Of a stretch of 64,000 bases of DNA, positions 27,610-37,127 are shown piece after piece. Numbering within the stretch: position 1 is the first letter of the stretch; every line of letters begins with the position of its first letter. The position numbers were made by a program, and so were the translations under genes. The stretch is from an uncultured Gammaproteobacteria bacterium (lineage in GTDB: Bacteria > Patescibacteriota > Microgenomatia > CAYGWK01), in NCBI GenBank assembly GCA_964353785.1, contig CAYGWK010000002.1, positions 40,293 to 104,292 on the forward strand. The letters are read 5' to 3'. The notes beneath the pieces were generated by a model. That model was not told where the DNA came from, did no database searches, and was given only the letters and a program-made list of their open reading frames with translations.

Positions 27610-27678
27610 CCCGCCTAAAATCGCTGCACGAGGCGTGTATGAATAATACTGAAAAGCCGAGTGCTAAGATTAGGCGGG
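27610..27678. other. conserved ~70-nt structured intergenic motif, copy 2
   Basis: See 4527..4596; ends 20 nt upstream of start codon of 27589 gene and 27 nt after yifB stop. Confidence 0.5.
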
Positions 27679-27704
27679 TCTTATTCCTTCCAGTATAACA
27701 TTTT

Positions 27705-29246
27705 TCAACTTTCCTGTCTTGGTCGATATTGTAAAGCTTCGGCGATATGGCTAGGAGAAGTCTCTTTTTCACCTGCCAAATCAGCAATAGTTCGGGCAAT
27801 TTTAATTATTTTAAAATAACTCCTGGCAGTTAAATTCATCTGAATTGTTGCCTGACGAAGAAGATTTTGACACTCAAGCGAAAGCTTACAGAAGCGTTTA
27901 ACGTCCCGAGTGGTCATTTCTCCATTTGAGACAATTTTTGTTCCCTTAAATCTTTTGGTCTGAACATCTCTGGCTTTCTGAACCCGCTTTTTAATTGTTT
28001 TTGAATTCTCTGTGTCCTCCGTTTCTTTCTGTGTTCTCTGTATTACAAGTTTATCCACCTTCACCGCTGGCACATCCAAATGCAAATCTATGCGGTCAAT
28101 AATTGGTCCGGAAACTCTTTTTTGATATCGTTGAACTTGACCGGGAAGACAGGTGCAGGGTTTTACCGGGTCTCCTAAATATCCACAAGGACAGGGATTT
28201 GAAGCAGCCACCAAAATAAATTTTGCCGGAAAAGTCAAAGTTCCAGCCGCCCGGGAAACAGTCACAATCCCATCCTCCATCGGTTGCCGCAAAGCCTCGA
28301 GAACACTGCGGGGAAATTCGGGAAACTCGTCCAGGAAGAGAACGCCTCGATGGGCTAAAGAAATTTCTCCAGGGGTAGGATGGCTTCCGCCGCCAATCAG
28401 TCCTATCCGGGAAGTGGTGTGATGGGGTGAACGAAAAGGGCGATATTTTATGACCGATTCACCTGGGGGCAGGTTTCCCGTCACTGAATAAATTTTGGTT
28501 ACCTCAAATGCCTCCCTTTCGGTCAAGTCAGGCAAAATCCCAGGGAGGGCTCGGGCCAACATGGTTTTCCCCGCTCCCGGAGGACCCTTCATAAAAACAT
28601 TATGACCACCTGAGGCAGCAATTTCCAAAGCCCGCTTAACATGCTCTTGTCCCCGAACATCAACCATATCAAATTCAACTATAACCTGGGAGGTAATTTT
28701 GGAAAAAGGAGTATGGGGGACAGGTTTTATTTCCTCTCCGCCTTGCAAATGATAAAAAAGTTGCAAAAGAGAAGAAACTGGATAAATTTTAAGACCTTTG
28801 ATAACCGAGGCTTCTTTGCTATTTACTTTTGGTAGAAAAATTCTCTTAAACTTTTTCTCTTTTGCCAAAAGAGCCATGGCCAAAACGCCGTTGGTATGCC
28901 GAAGCGAACCATCTAAAGACAATTCGCCTAAAACTAAAGCGTCTTTTAAGTCTGCTTTAAGTTGTCCAGAAGCGACCAAAATCCCTAAAGCAATGGGCAA
29001 ATCATAAGAAGGACCCATTTTGGGTAAATCTGCCGGCGCCAGGTTAACGGTAATTCTTCTTGGAGGAAAGTCAGCACCAGAATTTTTTAAAGCCGACCTC
29101 ACTCTTTCTTTGGCTTCCTCAACTGCTTTATCCGGAAGACCAACAATAGTGAAGGATGGAAGTCCGGCAGAAGCAATATCAACCTCAACCTCAATAGGAA
29201 CCGACTCCAAACCAACCGTCGCTCCAGAAAAAACCCGGGCAAGCAT
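27705..29246 (-). CDS. comM: Mg-chelatase-like AAA+ ATPase YifB/ComM
   Basis: N-terminal Lon-like domain, Walker A GPPGAGKT, Walker B LFLDEF, C-terminal ChlI fold. Confidence 0.85.
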   Translation of the reverse strand: MLARVFSGATVGLESVPIEVEVDIASAGLPSFTIVGLPDKAVEEAKERVRSALKNSGADFPPRRITVNLAPADLPKMGPSYDLPIALGILVASGQLKADLKDALVLGELSLDGSLRHTNGVLAMALLAKEKKFKRIFLPKVNSKEASVIKGLKIYPVSSLLQLFYHLQGGEEIKPVPHTPFSKITSQVIVEFDMVDVRGQEHVKRALEIAASGGHNVFMKGPPGAGKTMLARALPGILPDLTEREAFEVTKIYSVTGNLPPGESVIKYRPFRSPHHTTSRIGLIGGGSHPTPGEISLAHRGVLFLDEFPEFPRSVLEALRQPMEDGIVTVSRAAGTLTFPAKFILVAASNPCPCGYLGDPVKPCTCLPGQVQRYQKRVSGPIIDRIDLHLDVPAVKVDKLVIQRTQKETEDTENSKTIKKRVQKARDVQTKRFKGTKIVSNGEMTTRDVKRFCKLSLECQNLLRQATIQMNLTARSYFKIIKIARTIADLAGEKETSPSHIAEALQYRPRQES

Positions 29247-29293
29247 TAGAATCCATTATTCCAGACCTTCCCCGAAATCTCAAGAACTTTATC

Positions 29294-29626
29294 TTAGGTA
29301 ACGACAAAAAAGAGGAGGAAAAGAAGAGTAAAGAAAGCTAACCACAAAGTGGTGTAAATAACCAGTTTTAAGGCCTCAAGCGTCTTTTTCTTTTCCCAGA
29401 ATAAAATGAAAGGATAGCCTAAAACTAAAAGAGCAGAAATTATAGCCGAAACAACAAAAAGGACCAAGACCATTGCTGGTCCCAAAGGAGTAAATACTGG
29501 CCCAAACCACTCTTCTCCCCGCCAGAAAAAGAATCCAATTAAAATACAATAAACCACTAAACCTAAGGCTTGTAAAAAGGCAATAAAAGGCAAAGAAAAT
29601 TTTTTCTCTTTAAAGAAATTCTTCAT
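29294..29626 (-). CDS. hypothetical membrane protein (3-4 TM)
   Basis: Hydrophobic 110-aa ORF, 4-nt overlap with upstream gene. Confidence 0.4.
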   Translation of the reverse strand: MKNFFKEKKFSLPFIAFLQALGLVVYCILIGFFFWRGEEWFGPVFTPLGPAMVLVLFVVSAIISALLVLGYPFILFWEKKKTLEALKLVIYTTLWLAFFTLLFLLFFVVT

Positions 29627-30081
29627 CGCGTGATTAATTTACTGGTGGTCTCGTCCCAACATTCGGGTACCATATCGGTTGGGAAATCATAAGGTTCAAT
29701 TGTCGAACAAGGGATTGTTCCCTGACCATCAAAAACGATTATCCACTTCCCTTTATCATTATATCCCAACCACATCGCTCCACCGATTTCTCCAGCAAAT
29801 TTGACTCCTCCTGAAGCATGGGTACCGGTGTTTTTGCTAATCGTTACCTCAACTTCAGCCAGAGGTTTGCTGTATTTTTGGGCAAAAGCCTCTTTGATTT
29901 GCTCAAGAGCGGATTTTGTTTCTTTTGGTGTTGGAGTAGGCGTTGGTCTTAAGGAAACGGTTGGTGTGGGCATCGGTCCAACCGAAGGCACTTTTGATTT
30001 ATTGGTCCACCAAAAAATCCCACCGACGAAAACCAAAACCGCCAAAATTATGCCAATCAAAAAAACGCTTGTCTTATCCAT
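29623..30081 (-). CDS. membrane-anchored hypothetical protein with PT-linker and Cys-containing C-terminal domain
   Basis: N-terminal TM, PTPTPTP linker. Confidence 0.45.
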   Translation of the reverse strand: MDKTSVFLIGIILAVLVFVGGIFWWTNKSKVPSVGPMPTPTVSLRPTPTPTPKETKSALEQIKEAFAQKYSKPLAEVEVTISKNTGTHASGGVKFAGEIGGAMWLGYNDKGKWIIVFDGQGTIPCSTIEPYDFPTDMVPECWDETTSKLITR

Positions 30082-30109
30082 ATCTTTAGATTATAACATA
30101 ATAACATTT

Positions 30110-31015
30110 TTAATTTTTCTTTGCTGCTCTTAGTTTTGCGCTGTCGGCGCGAGGATTTTGAGAAATTTCTTCTGGGGTTGCCATGACTAGTTTTTTGGTT
30201 AAAATTTCTACTAAACCAGATTTCTGCCACTCCAAAAACTGATGCTTAACAATCCTGTCTTCAAGCGAATGAAAAGAAATGACGACTAACCTACCTCCAG
30301 GTTTCAGCGACTCCAGCGCTTGGGGCAGGGTTTCTTCTAGGGTAGGCAGTTCTTGATTTACTTCCATCCGCAAAGCCCGAAAAATTTTTGAAGCCCAATG
30401 GCCTTTTCTTGAAAAACGATAATCTGGCGGAGTAGCCCGACGAATTAAATCCAAAAGTTCTCCACAAGTTTTAATTTTTTTCTTGTCTCTCTGCTTTATA
30501 ATTTCTCTGGCAATTTTTCCTCCAAATGGTTCCTCGCCTAATTTAAAAAATAATTCTCTTAATTTTTTCTCCGGATAAAAATTGACAACATCATAAGCCT
30601 TAAACTGTTGCGCCGGGTTCATGCGCATATCTAAAGGAGCATCCTGACCTTTTTCTCTTAAAGAAAATCCTCTCTCTGGAGCATCAAGTTGGTGCCAGGA
30701 AACTCCTAAATCAAAAAGAATTCCATCTATGCCAGAGATCCCAAGATTTTGCAGAATATTTTTTAAATTTACAAAATTATCATTAACCAAAATCATCTGA
30801 TCTTTAAATTTTGCCAGCTTATTTTTACTTTCCTTAATCGCCTCTGGGTCGCAATCGATGCCAACAAGTTTTCCGCTGGGACCAATTCTCTCAAGGATTT
30901 TTTCCGCATGTCCTCCACCGCCCAAAGTGCAATCCACAAAAATTTCTCCAGGCGAGGGATTTAAAAATTCAATTGTTTCTTTAGGCAAAACCGGAATATG
31001 GAAGAGAGTATTCAT
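30110..31015 (-). CDS. rsmH: 16S rRNA (cytosine1402-N4)-methyltransferase RsmH
   Basis: HIPVLPKE…DCTLGGGGHA SAM-binding signature. Confidence 0.9.
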   Translation of the reverse strand: MNTLFHIPVLPKETIEFLNPSPGEIFVDCTLGGGGHAEKILERIGPSGKLVGIDCDPEAIKESKNKLAKFKDQMILVNDNFVNLKNILQNLGISGIDGILFDLGVSWHQLDAPERGFSLREKGQDAPLDMRMNPAQQFKAYDVVNFYPEKKLRELFFKLGEEPFGGKIAREIIKQRDKKKIKTCGELLDLIRRATPPDYRFSRKGHWASKIFRALRMEVNQELPTLEETLPQALESLKPGGRLVVISFHSLEDRIVKHQFLEWQKSGLVEILTKKLVMATPEEISQNPRADSAKLRAAKKN

Positions 31016-31057
31016 AAAAACTAACCAGATTATATTTTATATGATAAACTAAAAATA

Positions 31058-32209
31058 GTGAAAAGGTTAAACTTTTTAAAGATAAAAAAATCCTTTTCTG
31101 TCCCTGTCGCCTTCGGTCTCCTATCAGCCGTTGCCGTATTCCTTATTTTCGGCTTAAAAACTGAAAAAATTAGTCTTGAACAAAGACTAACCTTAATTTC
31201 TGAAGAATTAAATGTTTTAAAAAACCAGGACCAGTATTTGGAAAATAAAAAACTCGAAGAAGAGATAAAAAATATCCAAAAAACCTACAATCAAGCTGTC
31301 CAAACTTATGAAAAATTATTAGACCTTAAAGGGACTGGCCAGAAAACAGAGAAATTAGATGAATTGTTTGCTGGCGCCTTAAATCTTCTCTCTCAGAAAA
31401 ACTACGCCTCAGCCGAAGCCAAACTTACTGACCTTACCAACCAGATCGAAAAGGAAAGAGAAAGAATTGCTACCTCTTTTAAAATCCCTACCAATGTAAC
31501 CGAAACAAATACTCCTCCTCAGGGAGGATATCAGCGTCAAAAAGTCAAAACCGAGATAGGCGATTTCATGGTTGATATTATTTCGGCTGACCTTAACCTG
31601 ACCCGAGTTATTGTTGATACCGCCTCGGATTCGGACTGTGCTAACGATTGCCCGGTTTTGCCTTTGGCTGACTATGTTTCAAGAAACGGTGCCTTTGCCG
31701 GAGTTAATGGTTCTTATTTTTGTCCAGCGACTTATCCTTCCTGCAACGATAAAAAGAATGCTTTTGATACTCTTTTGATGAACAAAAACAAAAAATATAT
31801 TAATTCTGGCAACAATGTCTACAGCACTGTTCCGGCGGTTATTTTTTATGGTAATACCGCTCGCTTTGTCAGCCAATCTTTAGAATGGGGCAGGGATACA
31901 GGCGTTGATGCTGTTATCGCCAATCACCCTCTTCTTCTCTTAAACAGCCAAATAAAATTCACTGGTGACGGCGAACCAAAGCAAGGCAATAAAGGAAACA
32001 GAAGTTTTATCGGCACAAGAGGAAGCACAGTTTATATCGGCGTAGTTCACAATGCAACCGTGGCCGAATCTGCACGCGCCCTTCAGGCTCTTGGTCTTGA
32101 TAATGCCTTAAATCTTGACGATGGTGGCTCAACCGCTCTTTGGTTTGGGGGCTACAAAGTTGGTCCAGGTCGCAATATCCCCAACGCTGTCTTACTTGTC
32201 AGAAAGTAA
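31058..32209 (+). CDS. phosphodiester glycosidase family (DUF2233/NAGPA-like) secreted protein
   Basis: N-terminal TM/signal, coiled segment, C-terminal ALNLDDGGSTALW motif. Confidence 0.55.
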   Translation: MKRLNFLKIKKSFSVPVAFGLLSAVAVFLIFGLKTEKISLEQRLTLISEELNVLKNQDQYLENKKLEEEIKNIQKTYNQAVQTYEKLLDLKGTGQKTEKLDELFAGALNLLSQKNYASAEAKLTDLTNQIEKERERIATSFKIPTNVTETNTPPQGGYQRQKVKTEIGDFMVDIISADLNLTRVIVDTASDSDCANDCPVLPLADYVSRNGAFAGVNGSYFCPATYPSCNDKKNAFDTLLMNKNKKYINSGNNVYSTVPAVIFYGNTARFVSQSLEWGRDTGVDAVIANHPLLLLNSQIKFTGDGEPKQGNKGNRSFIGTRGSTVYIGVVHNATVAESARALQALGLDNALNLDDGGSTALWFGGYKVGPGRNIPNAVLLVRK

Positions 32210-32956
32210 TTAAACTAGAAGAATAATTATTCCTAAAACTAAACAATATATTCCAAACCAGAAAAATTTGGCAGACTTAAGAATTTTTTCTAAAAGTTTC
32301 AAAGAATAAAATCCGACAATGCCAGCAATGACCATTCCCCAAAGTCCCTGGATTAGTTCGGTTTGAGAATAAACCAGAAGATCGCCTGATTTTAAAACCA
32401 AGGCTCCTAAAATTGCCGGAATAGCCAGATAAAAAGAAAAAACAAAAGCAGTTTCTCTTTCCACCCCCCGCCAAAGACCAGAAACGATAGTTGAACCAGA
32501 ACGAGAAATTCCTGGAAGAATCGCTACTGCCTGGAATATACCTACAAATAGAGCATCCAGCCACTTTAATTGATTAAAGTGCCTATTTGGCTTTTTTACC
32601 CATCTTGCCGAAAATAGTAACCCAGCCGTAAAAAGAAACGCCAGTCCGACTGCTTTAAAAGAGTCAAAAGCCAGTTCTATCTGTTTCTCAAAGAAAAAAC
32701 CGACCAGTCCGGCTGGAATGGTGCCCAAGAACACCAACCACAGAATTTTGGTTGATAAAATCTGCGCTAATCCTTTACGAAAATAAAAAATGATTGCTCC
32801 TAAAGTCCCCATATGAAGAAGAATATCAAATAAAACTGGGGCTTGAGAAAAACCAAAAATTTTCTGTAAAACCACCAGATGACCACTTGAAGAAACTGGC
32901 AGAAATTCGGTTAATCCCTGAACTACCGCCAAAATTATCACCCTTTTAGCATCCAT
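32210..32956 (-). CDS. uppP: undecaprenyl-diphosphatase UppP/BacA
   Basis: VQGLTEFLPVSSSGHL and PGISRSGSTI motifs. Confidence 0.9.
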   Translation of the reverse strand: MDAKRVIILAVVQGLTEFLPVSSSGHLVVLQKIFGFSQAPVLFDILLHMGTLGAIIFYFRKGLAQILSTKILWLVFLGTIPAGLVGFFFEKQIELAFDSFKAVGLAFLFTAGLLFSARWVKKPNRHFNQLKWLDALFVGIFQAVAILPGISRSGSTIVSGLWRGVERETAFVFSFYLAIPAILGALVLKSGDLLVYSQTELIQGLWGMVIAGIVGFYSLKLLEKILKSAKFFWFGIYCLVLGIIILLV

Positions 32957-32966
32957 TCCTCAATCC

Positions 32967-33650
32967 TCACTTCTTCAATTTATCGTACCAATCGCCAAGA
33001 ATTTTAGCAATAATATCTTTTGCTCCAAGCCCAATTGCCAAACCTATCGCCAAAACGATTGTCCAGGTCAAGCCAGTAAAAAAGGTTTCCACCAGTCCCT
33101 GGGCAATTTTAAGTTCGGAAATGGCCGCAAAAAAGGCAACTATCAAAACAACCCAACGGGAAAGTTTGCCTAATGGCTTGGCTGCCTCGTGGTCAACTGT
33201 GGCCAAGGCTCCTTTAACCAGTCCCTCAACTAAATTGGCGACAAAAAATCCAACAGCCAAAATCAAGGTTGCCGAAACAATATTGGGAATATAGCCAAGA
33301 AATCCGCTCAAGACTACAGAAACAGTGGTTAAGCCCAAAATGTCAACTGCAGCAATAAAGAAAACCAAAACTATAAACCACTTTACAAAAGCGCCAATGA
33401 GTTCAATCGTCGTTAGTTTTATCTCCGCCTTTTTCCAAAAAGCCTCGACTCCTATCTTTCTGACTGCTTCTTGAAAACGAATAAGCGTAAGAACTCTCTC
33501 AACAATTTTTCTGGCCCAATGAGCAACTAAAAGACCAACAATAAAAACAATAAGGGCTCCAAAAAACTTTGGCAAAAAACCAATAAAAGAGGACCAGATT
33601 GGTTGCCAGGCTTCAAGAAGAGCCTGCTGCCAGGTTAGCCAAAAGTTCAT
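32967..33650 (-). CDS. membrane protein of the Conserved-TM-helix family (putative mechanosensitive-channel-associated)
   Basis: Repeated amphipathic TM helices; family assignment tentative. Confidence 0.45.
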   Translation of the reverse strand: MNFWLTWQQALLEAWQPIWSSFIGFLPKFFGALIVFIVGLLVAHWARKIVERVLTLIRFQEAVRKIGVEAFWKKAEIKLTTIELIGAFVKWFIVLVFFIAAVDILGLTTVSVVLSGFLGYIPNIVSATLILAVGFFVANLVEGLVKGALATVDHEAAKPLGKLSRWVVLIVAFFAAISELKIAQGLVETFFTGLTWTIVLAIGLAIGLGAKDIIAKILGDWYDKLKK

Positions 33651-33723
33651 TTTTTCACCTCCTTTCTCTCTAAAGATTACTATTTAATTGTGGAAAATTT
33701 TTCCGTGTTTGTCAAATTTCTCC

Positions 33724-33752
33724 ATAAAAATTGTCCCCCAAAAAGGGACAAT
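33724..33752 (-). terminator. intrinsic terminator of rnpB (TTGTCCCC-loop-GGGGGACAA + U-tract)
   Basis: Read on minus: AUUGUCCCuuuuuGGGGGACAAUUUUUAU directly after RNase P RNA 3' end. Confidence 0.6.
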
Positions 33753-33761
33753 TTTGTGCTT

Positions 33762-34068
33762 TTGGGAAACCCGTAAGCCAGATTTTGTTTTAGGTAATCA
33801 TCAATCTAGCGCTCTCAAACCTCGACCCTTGGGAAAGCATCCTTTTACCCCGTCAAACGGGGCAAGCGGGTCTTTCGGAGATTGCAGCGGGGAGGGTTGC
33901 CTCGTTTCACTCCCGCCAGAGGCGGGACTCGTCTCTGTGGCCCTATCTTGGTCCCGCCTTTAGGGCGAGACATCCTGGTATTAGTCAGGACACCCTGCTT
34001 TCTGCTGTCTGGACTTTCCTCACTAAAAAATTGAATAATTTTTCAGTGCGATTACCCAGTCTCCCAAA
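33762..34068 (-). ncRNA. rnpB: RNase P RNA (bacterial type A-like, compact ~307 nt)
   Basis: Minus strand contains P4 signature GAGGAAAGUCCAGAC near 5' end, ACAGAGACGAG, GGUAAAAGG, and 3' CUGGCUUACGGG; P1 pairing UUGGGAGAC/GUUUCCCAA; P3 hairpin ACUGAAAAA…UUUUUUAGU. Confidence 0.75.
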
Positions 34069-34075
34069 AGCAAGA

Positions 34076-34086
34076 GAATTATAGCA
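34076..34086 (-). promoter_or_regulatory. extended -10 promoter (TGcTATAAT) for rnpB
   Basis: Minus strand ctgcTATAATtctcttgcTTGGGAG; TATAAT at 34083-34078, ~8 nt before predicted P1 5' end. Confidence 0.45.
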
Positions 34087-34100
34087 GATTTAAGCAAAAA

Positions 34101-35087
34101 TTACAAGTTTTGGAGGCGTTTTGAAGTAAAAATTTCTGAGGCGGCGACCTGAATAACCAAAACAATAGGAACCGCCAAAATTGCTCCTGTTACACCAGCT
34201 AGTTTAAATCCGATCGCCAAAGATAAAATCGTTACCAACGGATTAAGACCAACAACTTTCTGCATCACTCGGGGAACAATGAGGCTGTTTTCAATTTGTT
34301 GAATTAAAAAATATAAGGCGACAATGGCCACGCCCATAAGAGGGGAAATCGCCAGCCCCGTTAAGACTGCAGGAATAGCAGAGACAACTGGTCCAATATT
34401 GGGAATAATCTCTAAAAGTCCAGCCAAAATTGCCAAAGGCAAGGCAAATTCAATACCCAAAAGCCGAAGTCCAACAAAAGACAAAACTCCCACAATTGTC
34501 ATTAAACTAAGTTCTCCCCTCACCCAACCACCAAGTCTTTTTTCAATCTTATTGATAAACAATTCTGCTTCTTTTTCTTTACCCTCGCCAAAAATAACTA
34601 AAAGATACTGGTTGAGGTTTTTCCGCTCAAGCAAAAGATAAAAAGTAATCACTGCCAAAGCCAAAAGAGCAATTAGATTTGAAAAAAAGCTAATAGTCAA
34701 TTTTAAGATATTGGCTGGAAGAGCCGAAAGATTGGTAAATTGAGTGGCAATTATATTTGGGTCAATTCCAAATCCGCCAAATTGTTTTAAGAAAACGGCT
34801 GTTTTACTGATAAATTCGGCAGTTTGATTAACCAAGGGAGTAATTATGGCGGTCAGTAAAGTCCCAACAGAACCAAAGAAAATTAAATAAATCAAAAGAA
34901 TGGCTAACCAGCGGGGAAGGTGCCACTTTCCAAGTTTATCGACCGCCGGATTTAAGGCAGACATAAAAATTAGAGAAACAAAAAGGGCAACAATAATCTG
35001 GCGGATTTCGAACAAAAGCCAAAGACCGATTAAGAAAAAAACGGTAAAAATTATCGTTCGGTGAGAAATTTCAACTTTTCTCGGCAT
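34101..35087 (-). CDS. AI-2E family transporter (PerM/YhhT-like)
   Basis: 8-TM topology and N-terminal pattern typical of AI-2E/UPF0118. Confidence 0.75.
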   Translation of the reverse strand: MPRKVEISHRTIIFTVFFLIGLWLLFEIRQIIVALFVSLIFMSALNPAVDKLGKWHLPRWLAILLIYLIFFGSVGTLLTAIITPLVNQTAEFISKTAVFLKQFGGFGIDPNIIATQFTNLSALPANILKLTISFFSNLIALLALAVITFYLLLERKNLNQYLLVIFGEGKEKEAELFINKIEKRLGGWVRGELSLMTIVGVLSFVGLRLLGIEFALPLAILAGLLEIIPNIGPVVSAIPAVLTGLAISPLMGVAIVALYFLIQQIENSLIVPRVMQKVVGLNPLVTILSLAIGFKLAGVTGAILAVPIVLVIQVAASEIFTSKRLQNL

Positions 35088-36105
35088 CTGAATAGGAATT
35101 ATACCATGCTTTAATTAACTGCTCAACTTTTTTTTGCCAGCCCCGCCGCGTAATATCAAACCGGTGAATTTTTGGGTCTCTACGAAACCAAGTCATTTGC
35201 CTGCGGGCATAAGCATGTTCATCAAACTTCCATTTCTGGACAACTTCAGCCAAAGATTTCTTGTCTTCAAAATACTCTCTCCAAACCCCATATCCCATGG
35301 CCGTCATTGCTGGCAGGTCCCAAGCACACCCTTGTTTTAGGAGTTTTCTCACTTCTTTTTCTGCTCCCATTTTTATCTGCTCGTTTATTCTTTTATCAAT
35401 CCGTTGGTAAAGAGTTTTATATGGCGCCTTTAAACCAATAAATATAGGGTTTAGGGTATAGCGTCTAGGGACTAGGGCTCGTTTTGGAGTTTTACTAGCC
35501 AGTTCTATTGCTCGAATAAGTCGTCTTGGGTTTTTTCGGTCTGAAGCATTCATTGAGGCTGCTTTTTCTGGATCAATTCTGGCCAACATTTCGAAAAGTT
35601 TTTGGACAGACAAATCCTGGAGTTTTTGCCGAAGTTCCCAATCTGGAGGAACGCCTAAAGTCTCAATCCCATCAACTAATCCTTTGATATAAAATCCTGT
35701 TCCGCCCACAATAATCGGCAATTTTTTTCTTTTCCAGATATCAGAAATTACTTTCCAAGCCAAATTTACATAATCTGCCACCGAAAACTCCTGGGCAGGA
35801 GTCACTACATCCAGAAGCCAGGTTCTTATGCCAGCAAACAAATAATAACCAATTTGAAATTTGAAATTTGAAATTTGAAATTGTTTAGGATTTAGGATTT
35901 TGAACTTAGAATTTGCTGGCAGGTCTTTCCCAGTCCCGATATCCATTCCTTTATAAACCTGTCTTGAATCCGCGGAAACTATTTCTCCATTAAATTTCTT
36001 TGCCAAACGAAGTGCTAACGACGTTTTCCCAACGCCTGTTGGTCCGCAGATAACTAAAAGTTTGTTCATGATTTTTTGTTTATTAATTCCTCCAAAATCC
36101 TCCAT
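35071..36105 (-). CDS. miaA: tRNA dimethylallyltransferase MiaA (carries 31-codon in-frame insertion)
   Basis: P-loop GPTGVGKTS, SADSRQVYKGMDIGTGK; insertion between GTGK and LLDV relative to E. coli MiaA. Confidence 0.85.
   Translation of the reverse strand: MEDFGGINKQKIMNKLLVICGPTGVGKTSLALRLAKKFNGEIVSADSRQVYKGMDIGTGKDLPANSKFKILNPKQFQISNFKFQIGYYLFAGIRTWLLDVVTPAQEFSVADYVNLAWKVISDIWKRKKLPIIVGGTGFYIKGLVDGIETLGVPPDWELRQKLQDLSVQKLFEMLARIDPEKAASMNASDRKNPRRLIRAIELASKTPKRALVPRRYTLNPIFIGLKAPYKTLYQRIDKRINEQIKMGAEKEVRKLLKQGCAWDLPAMTAMGYGVWREYFEDKKSLAEVVQKWKFDEHAYARRQMTWFRRDPKIHRFDITRRGWQKKVEQLIKAWYNSYSDAEKS
35829..35921. mobile_element. 93-nt AT-rich palindromic mini-element inserted in frame in miaA; 10-bp terminal inverted repeats TGCCAGCAAA/TTTGCTGGCA; internal (aatttgaa)x4 and (ttaggatt)x2
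   Basis: Seen in sequence; homologous core aaattgtttaggatttag…cttagaattt shared with 63561..63653. Confidence 0.5.
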
Positions 36106-37100
36106 CTTCGTTTTTTCTCCTCTGGAGAAACATCATCTTTTAATTTAAAGGCAACGGTGCCGGGGCGGGGCGAATAGCGGGCAATATAGGCTTTAACAAA
36201 GCCAACTTTTTGACAAAGTTTGACTGTATTTTCAAACTGTTTTTTTGTTTCTCCAGGAAATCCAACAATAATATCGGTTCCAATTTTAATATCGGGAATT
36301 TGTTTTCTAATTTTGGCAGTTAAACTAAGATATTGTTTGGCTGTATAGGGTCGGTTCATCTTTTTTAAGACTTTGTCATCTCCTGACTGAACTGGTAAAT
36401 GAAGATATTTTTCTATTTTAGGCAGTTTAATTGATTGAATTATGTCGTCAGTTAGATCCCAAGGATTGGAAGTTAAAAAAGAAATTTTCTCAAGCCCAGG
36501 AACTTCGTGCAACCTGCCCAAAAGTTTGGCAAACGATGGCTTGTAGGAATTAACATTTTGCCCAATTAAAGTAATTTCTTTGTATCCCTGCTTAACCAAT
36601 TTTTCTACTTCACAGATAATCTCCTCAAAAGGTCTTGATTTTTCCCGACCCCGAGCATAAGGAACAACGCAATAAGAACAAAATTGATTACAACCTTCCA
36701 TTATCGGCACCAAGGCAGTCTTTTTTTCTCCTCTCACCGAAGGTAAATCAAAAGAATAATCTTCCATTCTTAAAAACTCATCAACTCCAGGCAATTTTTT
36801 TCTGAGAGTAGTAATCCCATACCGCAGCATACAACCAGCCAAAACGACCTTTGGTCGTTTAGCGCATAGCGCATAGCGCATAGTAATATTTTTAATTAAG
36901 CCGAACACTCTATTCTCGGCGGATTCGCGAACAGAACAAGTGTTGATTATCACTACATCTGCTTTATCAAGGCTCTGGGCAGGCTGGAAACCTTTTTTCT
37001 GATAAAACCGAGCAATTCTCTCCGAATCCGCCTCATTGGCTTGGCAGCCGAAAGTTTTAATAAACAAAGTTTGTTGCTTCGCAATAAAATATTTCTTCAT
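36066..37100 (-). CDS. miaB: radical-SAM methylthiotransferase MiaB-like (short, no obvious TRAM domain)
   Basis: MTTase N-domain FGCQANEADSE, radical SAM CSYCVVPYARG; adjacent to miaA. Confidence 0.75.
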   Translation of the reverse strand: MKKYFIAKQQTLFIKTFGCQANEADSERIARFYQKKGFQPAQSLDKADVVIINTCSVRESAENRVFGLIKNITMRYALCAKRPKVVLAGCMLRYGITTLRKKLPGVDEFLRMEDYSFDLPSVRGEKKTALVPIMEGCNQFCSYCVVPYARGREKSRPFEEIICEVEKLVKQGYKEITLIGQNVNSYKPSFAKLLGRLHEVPGLEKISFLTSNPWDLTDDIIQSIKLPKIEKYLHLPVQSGDDKVLKKMNRPYTAKQYLSLTAKIRKQIPDIKIGTDIIVGFPGETKKQFENTVKLCQKVGFVKAYIARYSPRPGTVAFKLKDDVSPEEKKRRWRILEELINKKS

Positions 37101-37127
37101 TGCGGATAATTATATCACGGTTTGAGG

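Noticed and set aside
35840-35900. CRISPR array or minisatellite at the aatttgaa and ttaggatt repeats
   Set aside because: Repeat units are 8 nt with no spacers; they lie inside the miaA reading frame and are part of the palindromic mini-element.
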